From NCBI RefSeq assembly GCF_044704955.1, contig NC_091993.1, forward strand, positions 78,616,001 through 78,680,000: DNA of 64,000 nt, written 5' to 3'. The notes beneath the pieces were generated by a model. That model saw only the letters and a program-made list of their open reading frames with translations. It ran no database searches and had not been told where the DNA came from. The first letter of the stretch is position 1. Every line of letters begins with the position of its first letter. Below, piece after piece: positions 13,132 through 24,404 of the stretch. Source of the DNA: Pristiophorus japonicus. Taxonomy: Eukaryota. A program made the translations under genes and the position numbers.

Positions 13132-13386
13132 GTTGTGGGTTCAACTCCCACTCCAGAGACTTGAGCATATATATCTAGGCTGACACTTCAGTGCAGTGCT
13201 GAGGGAATGTTGCACTGTCGGAGGTGCGGTTTTTCGGATGAGATGTTAAACTGAGGCCCCGTCTGCTCTCAGGTGGATGTAAAAGATCCCATGGCACTAT
13301 TTTGAAGAAGAGCAGGGAGTTATTCCTGGTGTCCTGGCCAATATTTATCCCTCAATCAACATAACAAGAACAGATTATCTGGTCAT

Positions 13387-14607
13387 AGAAACATAGAAAA
13401 TAGGTGCAGGAGTAGGCCATCCGGCCATTCGAGCCTGCACCGCCATTCAATAAGATCATGGCTGATCATTCAACCTCAGTACCCCTTTCCTGCTTTCACT
13501 CCATACCCCTTGATCCCTTTGGCCGTAAGGGCCATATCTAACTCCCTTTTGAATATATCTAACGATCTGGCCTCAACAACTTTCTGCGGTAGAGAATTCC
13601 ACAGGTTAACCACTCTCTGAGTGAAGAAGTTTCTCCTCATCTCGGCCCTAAGTGGCTTACCCCTTATTCTTAGACTGTGACCCCTGGTTCTGGAACACCC
13701 CAGCAACGGGAACATTCTTCCTGCCTCTAACCTGTCCAATCCCATCAGAAATATATTCTATGAGATCCCCTCTCATTCTTCTAAACTCCAGTGGATACAA
13801 GCCCAGTTGATCCATTCTCTCCTCATATGTCGGTCCTGCCATCCCGGGAATCAGTCTGGTGAACCTTCGCTGTACTCCCTCAATAGCAAGAACGTCCTTC
13901 CTCAGATTGAGAACACAATATTCTAGGTGTGGCCTCACCAAGGCTCTGTAAAACTGCAGTAAGACCTCCCTGCTCCTATACTCAAATCCTCTAGCTATGA
14001 AGGCCAACATGCCATTTGCCTTCTTCACTGCCTGCTGTACCTGCATGCCTACCTTCAATGACTGATGTACCATGACACCCAGGTCTCGTTGCACCTCCCC
14101 TTTTCCTAATCTGTCACCATTCAGATTGTTATATATGTGGACTTGTATTTACTCTGTACAGCCACCAGAGGGCTCATTCCCCGGAGTCCCAAGGGATCCC
14201 ATAATCCCTTGGGAGCACAGGTATTTAAGAAGGCTTCACAGGTTGGAGAGGCACTCTGGAAACCTGCAATAAAAGACTAAGGTCACACTTTACTTTGAAC
14301 TCACAATGTTCAGTCTGACTCTTTTTCAATACACAACACAGATAATATTCTGTCTATCTGTTTTTGCCACCAAAGTGGATAACCTCACATTTATCCACAT
14401 TATACTACATCTGCCATGCATTTGCCCACTCACCTAACCTGTCCAAGTCACCCTGCAGCCTCTTAGCATCCCCCTCACAGCTCACACCGCCACCCAGCTT
14501 AGTGTCATCTGCAAACTTGGAGATATTACATTCAATTCCTTCATCTAAATCATTGATGTATATTATAAATAGCTGGGATCCCAGCACTGAACCCTGCGGC
14601 ACCCCAC
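13387..14607 (-). mobile_element. 5'-truncated CR1 nested in the SINE
   Basis: [13 protein letters not shown] through to the 3' tail on the minus strand. Confidence 0.92.
14127..14338 (+). mobile_element. Solo LTR, 212 bp, nested in the CR1
   Basis: TGTT...AACA termini, 5-bp TSD cagat (14122-14126 and 14339-14343), TATTTAA then AATAAA; CR1 sequence rejoins across it. Confidence 0.88.
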
Positions 14608-14719
14608 TTATCACATTGCTGTTTGTAGGAGCTTGCTGTGTGCAAATTGGCTGCTGCGTTTCCCACATTACAACAGTGACTACACTCCAAAAGTATTTAA
14701 TTGGTTGTAAAGCTCTTTG

Positions 14720-17082
14720 TGGCGGAGGAGCGGGTTGGATGGCACCAGAGGAGCTGGTGCAGCGACTGTCCTGGGCCGACGTCCGGCTTGTGGCCAAAGC
14801 CATTAAGTCGCTAAAGTGGCAGTAGGCCCTGACTTCACTGGGTGTGTCGAGGAGGCTCAAGCATGTGGGGCGATCCCATCCGAGCTGCCCCTGTCCGGAC
14901 GGTATTGCTCATCGGCGCCAATCCCCGGAACCTTCCTTGGGAGCCGGTGCCTTACAATTTGAGCCGCCTCCGGAAATTCCCTTCCATGCCTTTCCATTCT
15001 GCGACGAGGGTATTCCTGTACAGGCTGCTCTTGTACACCCACCATTTTGCCATCCTCGTCTGCCATCCGGACATGCCATGGCGCACCATCTTGCTGTCTC
15101 TATGCGGGAGTCCTTCCTTTATTTATTGGGGACTTGGCCTGGATTGTGTTGCACGGGGTAGTCCCGTACAATAAGTTTTTAAGTCAGTTCGCGGACTCCT
15201 AGGCTGCCTGCATTTTCTGCGACCTGCAGGAGTCCATGTTCCATGTTTTTATAGAGTGTGTGAGGTTGCAGTCCCTCTTCCATTATTTGAAGGAGCTGCT
15301 CCTCAATTTCTGTCTGCACTTCAGTCCCACACTCCTGATCTTTGGGCATCCGGTGCGGAGGGAGCAGGCAAGTCGGAAGGCCTCTTCGTGGGACTGCTCC
15401 TGGGCCTGGCCAATATGGCCATTAACAGGTCCAGGCAGCGGGCGGTCGAGGGGGTCATTCAGCCCGACTGCCCACCTCTGTTCCACAGCTACATGTCAGC
15501 TGTGGCTCAGTGTGCAGCACACTCGCCTCGAAGTTCAATGGTTGTGGGTTCAAGTCCCACTCCAGGAACTTGAGCATACAAATCTAGGTTGACACTCCAG
15601 TGCTGCATTGTCAGAGATGCCCTCTCAGGTGGACATAAAAGATCCCATGGCACTATTGTGAAGAAGAGCAGGGGAGTATTGCCAGTGTCCTGGCTAATTT
15701 TTACATTGGTTATTATCACATTGCTGTTTGTGGGAGCTTGATATGTGCAAGTTGGTTGCTGCGTTTTCCACATTACAACAGTGACTGCACTCCAAAAGTA
15801 CTTCATTGGCTGTAAAGCGCTTTGAAACGTTCGGTGTTCGTAAAAGGTGCTATATAACTGCAAGTCTTTCTTTCTTTTTATGTTCAAAGCCAGGGTGTCC
15901 CTGCAGATGGAGCACGTGGTGTCCTCCGGTACGGTCACGGCCTGCCGCAACCGGTGGGTGACCGGAGGGACTGGAGTGCATCATCAACCGTGGCAACCAA
16001 ATTTTAATTTGATTTTATGTCTAAATGTTAATTTGTTTAATTTGCCCCTTTTAGTGCCCCCACCCCCCCCCACCCCAAATCTTTTTAGCCAGGGGACACT
16101 TGTATAATTTGTGTTTCAGTGCCCTAAAACAAAACAATAAAAAAACAAGGGGGCACTTGAAAAATTTTTGGAGTGTGCCCCCCCCCCCCACCCCCGCTTT
16201 AATCAGGGGGCACTTGATTTAATTGTTTTCTGCAAAAAGAATTGTAAAGCACTTTGAATCAGCCGGTCCAGGCAGCGGGCGGTCGAGGGGGTCGTTCAGC
16301 CCGACTGCCTGCCTCTCTTCCGTGCGTACATCCGCGCCAGGGTGTCCATCGGTACGCTCGCGGCCTTCCACGAGAGGTGGGCACCGGAGGGACTGGAGTG
16401 CATCATCACCCCCGGCAACCAAATTTTAATTTGATTTTATATGTTTTAAAGTTTAATTTGTTTTAATTGTCGGTTTTAGTGTTACCCTCCCCTTTTATAG
16501 GGGGCACTTGTAAATTTACGGTTTTAGGGCCCAAAAAAACCCCCCAAAAAACACAAAAAAATATAAAAAGCGCCTGATAAGTGTTTGTTGTGTCCTCCAG
16601 GTCGGGGGGGCACTTGATCTGTTCAATTTTGTTTTGCTACAAAAAGAGTTGTAAAGCACTTTGAATCAGCCGGTCCAGGCAGCGGGCGGTCGAGGGGGTC
16701 GTTCAGCCCGACTGCCTGCCTCTCTTCCGCGCTTATATCCGAGCCAGGGTGTCCCTAGAGATGGAGCATGCGGTGTCCATCGGTACGCTCACGGCCTTCC
16801 GCGAGAGGTGGGCGCCGGAGGGACTGGAGTGCATCATCACCCCCTGGCAACCAAATTTTAATTTGATTTTATATGTTTTAAAGTTTAATTTGTTTTTATT
16901 GCCGGGTTTTAGTGTCCCCTCCCCTTTTATAAAGGGCACTTGTAAAATTTGTGATTTTAGTACCCCCCCCCCCAAAAAAGGGGGAAAAAAACAAAAAGGC
17001 ACTTGTAAAGTGTCTGGAGTGCCCCCCAGATCGGGGGGGGGGGCACTTGATTTAATGTTTATTTATGTTTTTCTCCAAAAGA
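14720..17082 (+). mobile_element. Three head-to-tail Tx1 LINE 3' ends (14720-16240 with a nested SINE; 16258-16647; 16665-17082)
   Basis: Zinc knuckle CIFC..ESMFHVFIEC and C-terminal ..EGLECIITP..; each unit ends caaaaaga and is followed by (g/a)ttgtaaagcactttga (16241, 16648, 17083), matching 14704-14719. Confidence 0.82.
15496..15878 (+). mobile_element. Deu-domain SINE nested inside Tx1
   Basis: A box (gtggctcagtg), B box (ggttcaagtcc), Deu core, tail ending gctatataactgcaagtctttctttc. Confidence 0.85.
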
Positions 17083-17099
17083 GTTGTAAAGCACTTTGA

Positions 17100-17645
17100 G
17101 GCGTCCTGTTGTGGTGAAAGGCGGGTATAAATGCAAGCCTTTGGGTTAAATGGGCTTTTCCTGCTCCAGCGGTGGGGTGTCACGTGAGCCGCACCACACA
17201 GCGCCTGCAGGTTGGGCCGTTCAGGTGGGCGCCCGCTCTCCGTCACACGGGGAGGGAAGCGAGTGTCGCGGTTGCTATGCGCTTAGACCCTAAACCCTGA
17301 TACAATCCAGCGCGGCTTGTGGCCCGAGGCCTCTCACCGAGTTAAAAAAAAACAAGCCCGGGCCCTCGGGGAAGTTGCTGGGTGAGGCGGGCGTTCGGGC
17401 CGGCCGGTGGAGCGGAGCGCAGGCCGCGGCTGGTTCCCCTGGGCTTGGGCCCGGCTCCTGTTGCTGGGGTAACCGGGCCCGCCGCCTCGTGCACGCGGCT
17501 GCTGTGTGTGACCCCCGTGTCGGCATTAACCATCCCCCGACATTAAATCCAACCCTGTGTTGGGCAGTTTGTCTGTCTGTCAGCCGGCCGGTGTGATGCA
17601 GTCACTTTTTGAGTGGCTGATTTAAGAGTTTTGTGCTCTACGCAG
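17100..17645 (+). promoter_or_regulatory. OARD1: CpG-island promoter and probable non-coding first exon of OARD1
   Basis: Only clearly non-TE CpG-dense stretch, 1.7 kb before the first coding exon. Contains TATAAA 17126-17131, TCACGTGA 17180-17187, X-box-like GTTGCTGGGGTAAC 17460-17473, and candidate donors at 17382 (TGG|GTGAGG) and 17646 (CAG|GTAAAT). Confidence 0.7.
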
Positions 17646-19300
17646 GTAAAATTATGCGCATGTTTTGGCCAGACTTGTCTTTTTTTTTAAATGCAGCAAT
17701 ATTTGTAGTTGTACCAAAACTATGTTTCTAATCTAATCCAATTTGCAATTACAAACACTGCATCTTTTATCTGTTCAGTATCATATCTAATTCCTGCTCC
17801 AATACTGGCCAACTCAAAAAAAAAAATAGCCCCAGAACGCTAACTACACTAGACTGGCCCTAATTGAAAGCTTATGTGCAAAGAAGTCGTTTCATGGACT
17901 TTATAAATTAAGCTGTAGAGGTGTACTTGATGATTTTGTATTGCATGGAAGCCTGAAGGGATAAATTGGTGTATTTCTAGGTGGGGTCCAGGGCATTTTC
18001 CTTCTCCAAAATTGAATCATTGTATAAATTTTAATGTATTCTGGTAAACTTTTAAGTGGTTTTATACTTAACAATTTACATATTTAAATCTAAGAAAAGA
18101 AAAAATGATATTTAGATTTGTATTTTTTTCTTGGCTCAGTAGCTCCTGCATTAACCTTCTCTTGCCCCAGTTCACCCAGGAACTCTCCAATTCCCCATCC
18201 TGTCAGGGACTTTCCTTCAAACCTGCCAGCTTTTAATGTCTTTCTCCCCAGATTAACAGCTCCTTTATATCTTTACTGTTGTGGGATCATACTGTTTGTA
18301 AATTGGCTGCTGTGTTTGCCTACCTAAAAATTGCAACTGCACTTCAATGTACTTGGCTGTAAATTGCTTTGTAACATTGTTGAGGATATAAAAGGTGCTA
18401 TATAAATGCATGGTCATGCTGTAGGTGGGAACTCCTATTCTCGTGCGAATTCCTACCCCTGCGGTGGTCAGAATCGCTTCCATTATCAGCAGGAGTAGTG
18501 CTGACGGAAGAGGTGCTTTGTCCACAATGATATTTCTTAGCAAACCAACTGAACCATGTGCATTTTGATTGAACTTTATAAATTTAGTATTTGTGGCCTG
18601 TTAATGGGAGAATTGCTGTTAGCGATTCTGTTGCCAACAGTACAAGTTGAAGTCTACTGCAAGTTCTCCTGAACTTCCTTGCAAAAAGTCCACAAGTTTT
18701 GTCTTTGCTGTCAAATCAATAAAAGGCCTGTTGCACAGATGCTATGGTTGCTTGATGTGCCAATGCCTTGTTTCATAAAAGTACAGTGCAGATTTGCATT
18801 TGATTCTCCATGTAGGAGTTCCCAATGCCAGTCTGTTTGTCTGAGAGAGATCCAACAAATGTGCCCTTCTCCAAGAGAGGGCAATTTGGAGATTTCATCA
18901 GTACTTGACAGAGCATATAAATGTACAACAACAACTTGCATTTATATAGCACCTTTAACATGTCCCAATACATTTCCTAAGCATAATCAGACAACATTTG
19001 ACACTAGGCACATAGGGGGATATTGGGACAGGTGATGAAAATTTTGGTCAAAGAGGTAGGTTTTAAGGTGCGTCTTAAAAGAGGAGAGCGGTGTTTAGGG
19101 AGGAAAATTCACAGGAAAAGCACAGCCACTAATGATGGAGCAATGAAACAGTAGAATATTTCTGTCATTCTAGACTGACTGTGAAGGCAGGTAATTACAG
19201 AAAGGCATTGGCAGGAGGTGAGAACAGGAGGAGGAGAATGTAGTTAAATGTAAATGAATTTTGCCATGTTTTAACAGGTAGAAGCGCAACGGGAACTGTA

Positions 19301-19345
19301 ATGAGCAAAATGTCAAGTTCCACAGTCACACCACCAGAGGGCAAT
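19301..19345 (+). CDS. OARD1: OARD1 (TARG1, O-acyl-ADP-ribose deacylase) coding exon 1: MSKMSSSTVTPPEGN
   Basis: Acceptor ttttaacag ends 19277, ATG 19301 (alternative ATG 19310), donor GTGAGT at 19346, phase 0 fits the next exon; resembles human MASSLNEDPEG. Confidence 0.75.
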
Positions 19346-19964
19346 GTGAGTATATGGATGTCGCTGAGCAAGCATTCGGCATACTTTAAAAAAAAAATTC
19401 TCTTCCAGTCGTCTCTTGCAGCTAATAGTTCAAAAGATACCTGCAGCCTCTGCTACCTTGATTAGCCTGAGAGGTCAAATAATGTTGATCACTGCCAATA
19501 AGTTTGACTGACATAGTACATAAACTTAATTAACTTCAATACCAAGATCTCTATGCTACTCCAATTTTGGCGCCTCGTGCATCCCTGATAATCACCCCAC
19601 CATTGGTGGCCGTACCTTCAGCTGCCTAGGCCCTAAGCTCTGAAATTCCCCTCTTTCTCCCCCCCCCCCCCCCCCCGGCTGCGCCTCCACATCACTACCT
19701 CGTTGGCCTTTTCATTTACGATGTTCCTTTAAAACCTATCTCCTTAACCAAGCTTTTGTCACCTGTCCTAATGTGGCTCGGTGTTAAAATGTAAATGCTC
19801 CTGTAAAGCACCTTAGGATGTTTTACTACGGTAAAGGCACTATATAAATGTAAATTGTTGATGTGTAAGCTTGATGATCTGTGGCCTTTTCTCATATTCT
19901 TTTGCTTACATTGTACGATGGGAATGCCACTTTCAATTCATTTGTAAGCTAGATGAAAGCTATA

Positions 19965-21105
19965 GATTCATGGAATGGTTACAGCACAGAAGGAGGCCAG
20001 TTGGCCTGTCGAACTTGTGACTGCTCTCTGCAAGAGCACTTCAGCTGTCCCACTCACCTGCCCTTTTCCCCGTAGCCCTGCAATATGTTTTCCTTCAGAT
20101 ACTTACCCAATTCCCTTTTGAAAGCCACAATTGTATCTGCCTCCACCTCCCTTTCAGGCAGTGCATTCCAGATCCTAACCACATGCTGCATAAAGTTTTC
20201 TTTGTGTTGCCTTTAGTTCTCCTGCCGATCAGCCAGCTTAAATCTGTCCTGAGACTCCGCCCTTCCACCAGTGGGAACAGTTTCTATCTACTCTGTCTGG
20301 ACCCTTCATGATTTTGAACACCTATCAAAACTTCTCTCTACCTTCTCTGCTCTAAGGAGAACCCTAGCTTCTCCAGTCTATTCCTGTAACTGAAGTCCCT
20401 CATCCCCGGAACCATACTTGTAAATCTATTCTGCATCCTCTCTAAGACCTTCACATCCTTCCTAAAGTGTGGTGCCCAGAATTGGACACACTACTCCAGA
20501 TGAGGCTGAACCAGTGTTGTATAAAGGTTCATCATAACTTCCTTGTTTTTGTACTCTATGCCTCTATTTATGAAGCCCAGGATCCCGTAAGCTTTTTTAA
20601 CCGCATTCTGAACCTGCCCTGCCACCTTCAATGATTTGTGCACCTATACCCCTTGGCATCACTGTTCATGCACCCTCTTTAGAATTGTACCCTTTAGTTT
20701 ATATTGCCTCTCCTCGTTCTTCCTATCAAAATGTATCTCTTTGCACTTTTCTGCTTTAAATTTCATCTGCCACTTGTCTGCCCATCTATAGACCAGCCTG
20801 TATGTCCTCCTGAAGTCTATCACTATCCTCCTCACTGTTCACTATACTTCCAAGTTTTGTCATCTGCACACTTTGAAATTGTGCCTTGTACACCCAAATC
20901 TATGTCATTAATATACATCAAGAAAAGCAGTGGTCATAGTCCAACCCCTGGGGAACACCACTCCAGTACCTTCCAGTCTGAAAAAGTTCACCTGTTTTCT
21001 GTCACTTAGCCAATTCGTATCCATGCTGCTACTGTCCTTTATTCCATGGGCTTCAACTTTGCTGGCAAGCCTATTATGTGGCACTTTAATCAAATGCCTT
21101 TTGTA
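19965..21105 (-). mobile_element. Decayed CR1 in OARD1 intron (antisense)
   Basis: KVPHNRL..HGI remnant and CR1 C-terminal/3' motifs on the minus strand. Confidence 0.8.
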
Positions 21106-21226
21106 AGTAATGGGAAAATACTCTACTCAACTAATGACAGACTTCTGGGTGGGAGAGGGGGGAAAAGCATGGCAAATATTCCAAGTGCTGAAGTACATAA
21201 CAATGTCTCTTCATTGACCACTGCAG

Positions 21227-21380
21227 AGCTTTGAGATCCATTACGTAACTGGCGATCTGTTTAGATGTCCAGCACAGGACGCACTGGCACACTGCATCAG
21301 TGAAGACTGTCGTATGGGAGCAGGGATAGCCGTCTTGTTCAAGAAGAAGTTTAAATCTGTTCAGGAGCTGCTGAATCAGA
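21227..21380 (+). CDS. OARD1: OARD1 coding exon 2: [51 protein letters not shown]
   Basis: ctgcag acceptor, GTAAGA donor; near-identical to human macrodomain segment [27 protein letters not shown]. Confidence 0.97.
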
Positions 21381-22141
21381 GTAAGATATTAAAGTTATTG
21401 GAGAAATAAAGTTTAACTGCATTTTACCATTTGAAACGGGTATGCTGATTTGTCAATTGCTGTAGCTCCACCCCAAATTCTAGTCAAAAGAAAAGACAAT
21501 TAAAGATCTTTCAGAAGTGGACTTGTGCCCCATTCTCCTGTATTCATGTGTGTATAATTCACTCCAAAAATATAGCTGAAACATCAATTTATAAGTTGTA
21601 CTGTTCTAGCTCCTCAAATGTCATTCACAACTGCTAAAAGTACAACTCTAATTACTTTTTAAATGTAGTTTTTAATCTTTTTGCTAACCAACTACAGGAT
21701 ATGTTTGGATTAGCTTATCCTTTTTCAGAGGTTCCAGTCAAACTGGCTTTTCACCCCTTGTGTTCAAGAAAATGTTTAAATGTCCAATCTTGGGGAAAAT
21801 AAATAATTTTTGTTACACCGGCACTACCTGAACTTGTATTGCCAGTGTTCACTGTAAAAGTGTCACCTACTGTTTATTTTTGAGGACTTCATTGTAAGAA
21901 AACTGTGGGTTAGCTCCTTAGAACTTGCAAACTATTAACACGATAAACAAGTCTATTGTTCCTATAATTGAATCTGACATGGGCCTCATTTGTGGTTCTT
22001 AATCTGACTTTTCCTAAATCTATTGTCACACTTCATTTGTTAACTTAATACAATGTGTTATTAAATCTGTCCACTTGACATTTGGTTGTAGCATCTTTGC
22101 AAGGCATTGACCTATTACTAAAATGACCATTTTTTTCACAG

Positions 22142-22200
22142 GAAAGAAGACTGGGGATGTGGCAGTGCTGAAGACTGAACAAACATACATTTACTATTTG
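22142..22200 (+). CDS. OARD1: OARD1 coding exon 3: (R)KKTGDVAVLKTEQTYIYYL
   Basis: ttttttcacag acceptor, GTAATG donor, phases match; human [20 protein letters not shown]. Confidence 0.96.
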
Positions 22201-23620
22201 GTAATGAGAATATTTCAATCATTTGAGTACTGGAATTGTTCATTTGAATAATCTAAAATTCACAACTTGCAGAATAAATACGTATTTTAACCCTTTGATA
22301 GATTTTCTTTGGTTTTCCGTTGTGCCAGGTTTGTAATGAGTGCTGACATTTCTGTTCCTTTTTTGTTAAAACCAGAAGAAAACTCCATGCAAAATGCAGC
22401 AATCAGTCCCATCATTAAAAAAAAAAGCAGCAGTTATTTGTGAACTAAGCTTGGGAGGGGTTCAGGCTCCAGGTTTAACTAATGTCTTCAACCTTTAAAC
22501 AACAGTGCACTTGCAGAATGATTCTTGTCTGTGTTGCACCTGTTACATGTGAAACTCTTCTGGTTGGGGAGAGCAGAACAAGGGGCCATAATCTTAAAAT
22601 TAGAGTGAGGCTATTCAGGGTTGATGGCATAACTTCACAAAGGGAATTGGAAATCTGAAATGGCTAGGTCAATTGAAAATGTCAAAACTGAAATTCATAG
22701 ATTTTTGTTAGGGTATGAAGGGATATTGAACCATGGTGGGTAAATAGAGTTGAGATACAATCTGACTCCATGTTTCTCTCAATTTGGGGCAGGTTTTCAA
22801 ATTTGCAGACAATTGTACAGTTACAAATAAATGCGCTAAATGCCATGGCCAAGATTTTGTTACAATTCACGTGGGTTACTGTGAGTAAAAGATACATTTT
22901 AGGATGTCCCAAAGTGCTTGTCACTTAGGTACTTCTAAGCCAATTTGCACATGGCAATTAGATAATGACCAGATAATCTTAGTGATGTTGGTTGAGGGAT
23001 AAACATTGGCCATGACAATAGCAGTATGTTCAAATAGCAATGCCATGGCCCTAAAAAATCATTGAATTGCCATATTAATATTTCAATCTGTCTCTGGGGC
23101 AGAATGCCAGGGAGGAATGGTTTCTGCTACCGCGGGGCACTTTATTGTATTTAGCTATACTGCTGACTCAGGTTATAACACCATTGCAAACTCTTTAAAA
23201 TTCCACATTGCTCCACCTATACCAATGCTGTGAAATTTCAGAACACTAGTGGTGGTGAGAATTAAAATATGAAACTAGTTTATGCTGCATTGTGTCATAA
23301 GATTTCTGTTGAAGGCACAGTATTCATCTCATAAAATTTAATATCATTTCTGTTCTGACTTGCAATTCTGAGAATGCAAAGGGTGGCCTTTTAAATTAAC
23401 TTTCAGCTTCTGTGTTCAGCTATGTTAATCTTCTGCAATGCCCAGTTATAAATGTACCTTTTTATACTAATTACAGGCAGGATAACTCTATGCCTTTCAA
23501 CTCAACCAACAAATATTGAATACCCTATCCCCATCATTGCATAGCTCATGGTATGTGAGTTACAAGGGCAATTAGATTGTAAACGTGTTGTTGGTATTAA
23601 GTGGTTTGATTCTTCCACAG

Positions 23621-23733
23621 ATTACTAAAGAGAGGGCCTGGCATAAGCCAACCTATGATAGTCTGCAAAGCAGCCTGGAAGCCATGAAGAAACACTGCTT
23701 GAATAATGGAGTCATGCACATTTCAATGCCCAG
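23621..23733 (+). CDS. OARD1: OARD1 coding exon 4: [37 protein letters not shown](R)
   Basis: ttcttccacag acceptor, GTAATG donor; contains the Lys equivalent to catalytic human K84 (LITK). Confidence 0.97.
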
Positions 23734-24145
23734 GTAATGATAGGAAAGTTCAAGATGTTTTGTCCACGGTTGTCCATTTGTTTAGTGTGTAGTTTGTTAT
23801 AGAGAAAAATTGATGTGTCTGAGCATCTTTTCATATTAACATGGAATCTTATCTCGTCACTAAATGAATTTGAGGGCAGCTTCATCTGACAAATTGGCTG
23901 AAAGCAGGTCCAAAGACTTAGTTCAACCCATTGAAGTCCAAAACTCAAGATTGACCTGGTTGCATCATACAAGCTAACTCCTCTAGCACCAACAGCCCAA
24001 TTGCAACTAGATGATAGAAACTGTGCTCACAGCAGGAGATGTTAAACCATCACTATTGGGGCTTTAGGTCTTTGGAGTCTTAACATTCTGCGTCACCAGG
24101 AGGCCTGGATGGACGGCATTACTAATGTTGCTGTTTGCTCTGCAG

Positions 24146-24302
24146 GATTGGATGCGGACTGGACAAACTAAAGTGGAACGAAGTTGCTGCGAGAATTCAA
24201 AAAGTCTTCAAGAACACTGATATTATAATCACTGTGTACTCTTTGGAAACACCTGTGTTAACGGCGCCCCTACACTATAAACGGCGCAAGTATTCTACCT
24301 AA
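24146..24302 (+). CDS. OARD1: OARD1 last coding exon: [51 protein letters not shown]
   Basis: gctctgcag acceptor; GCGLD motif (human D125); TAA at 24300-24302; AATAAA candidates at ~25123 and ~25275. Confidence 0.95.
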
Positions 24303-24404
24303 ATAGCATATGGGGATCAACTCATTAGAAACATCAGTGTAGATGTATCAATACAGTAAATGGCACAAGTGTTCCATCTAAATAGCATATGGGATGGACT
24401 CAAT
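24272..24404. repeat. 79-bp-period imperfect tandem duplication spanning the OARD1 stop codon
   Basis: ctaaatagcatatggg at 24299 and 24378 with aligned flanks. Confidence 0.85.

Larger units (their letters stand above)
12745..17141 (+). mobile_element. Single tRNA-headed Deu-domain SINE (SacSINE1/AmnSINE-like) broken into four pieces by nested insertions (12745-12791, 13132-13386, 14608-14719, 17083-17141)
   Basis: Pieces join into the head/B-box, Deu core (ggatgagatgttaaactgagg..taaaagatcccatggcact) and tail order seen in intact copies at 15496-15878(+) and 33290-33745(-). Confidence 0.8.

Noticed and set aside
15496-15570. tRNA gene
   Set aside because: The A and B boxes are the head of a SINE and continue into the Deu core; no full cloverleaf.
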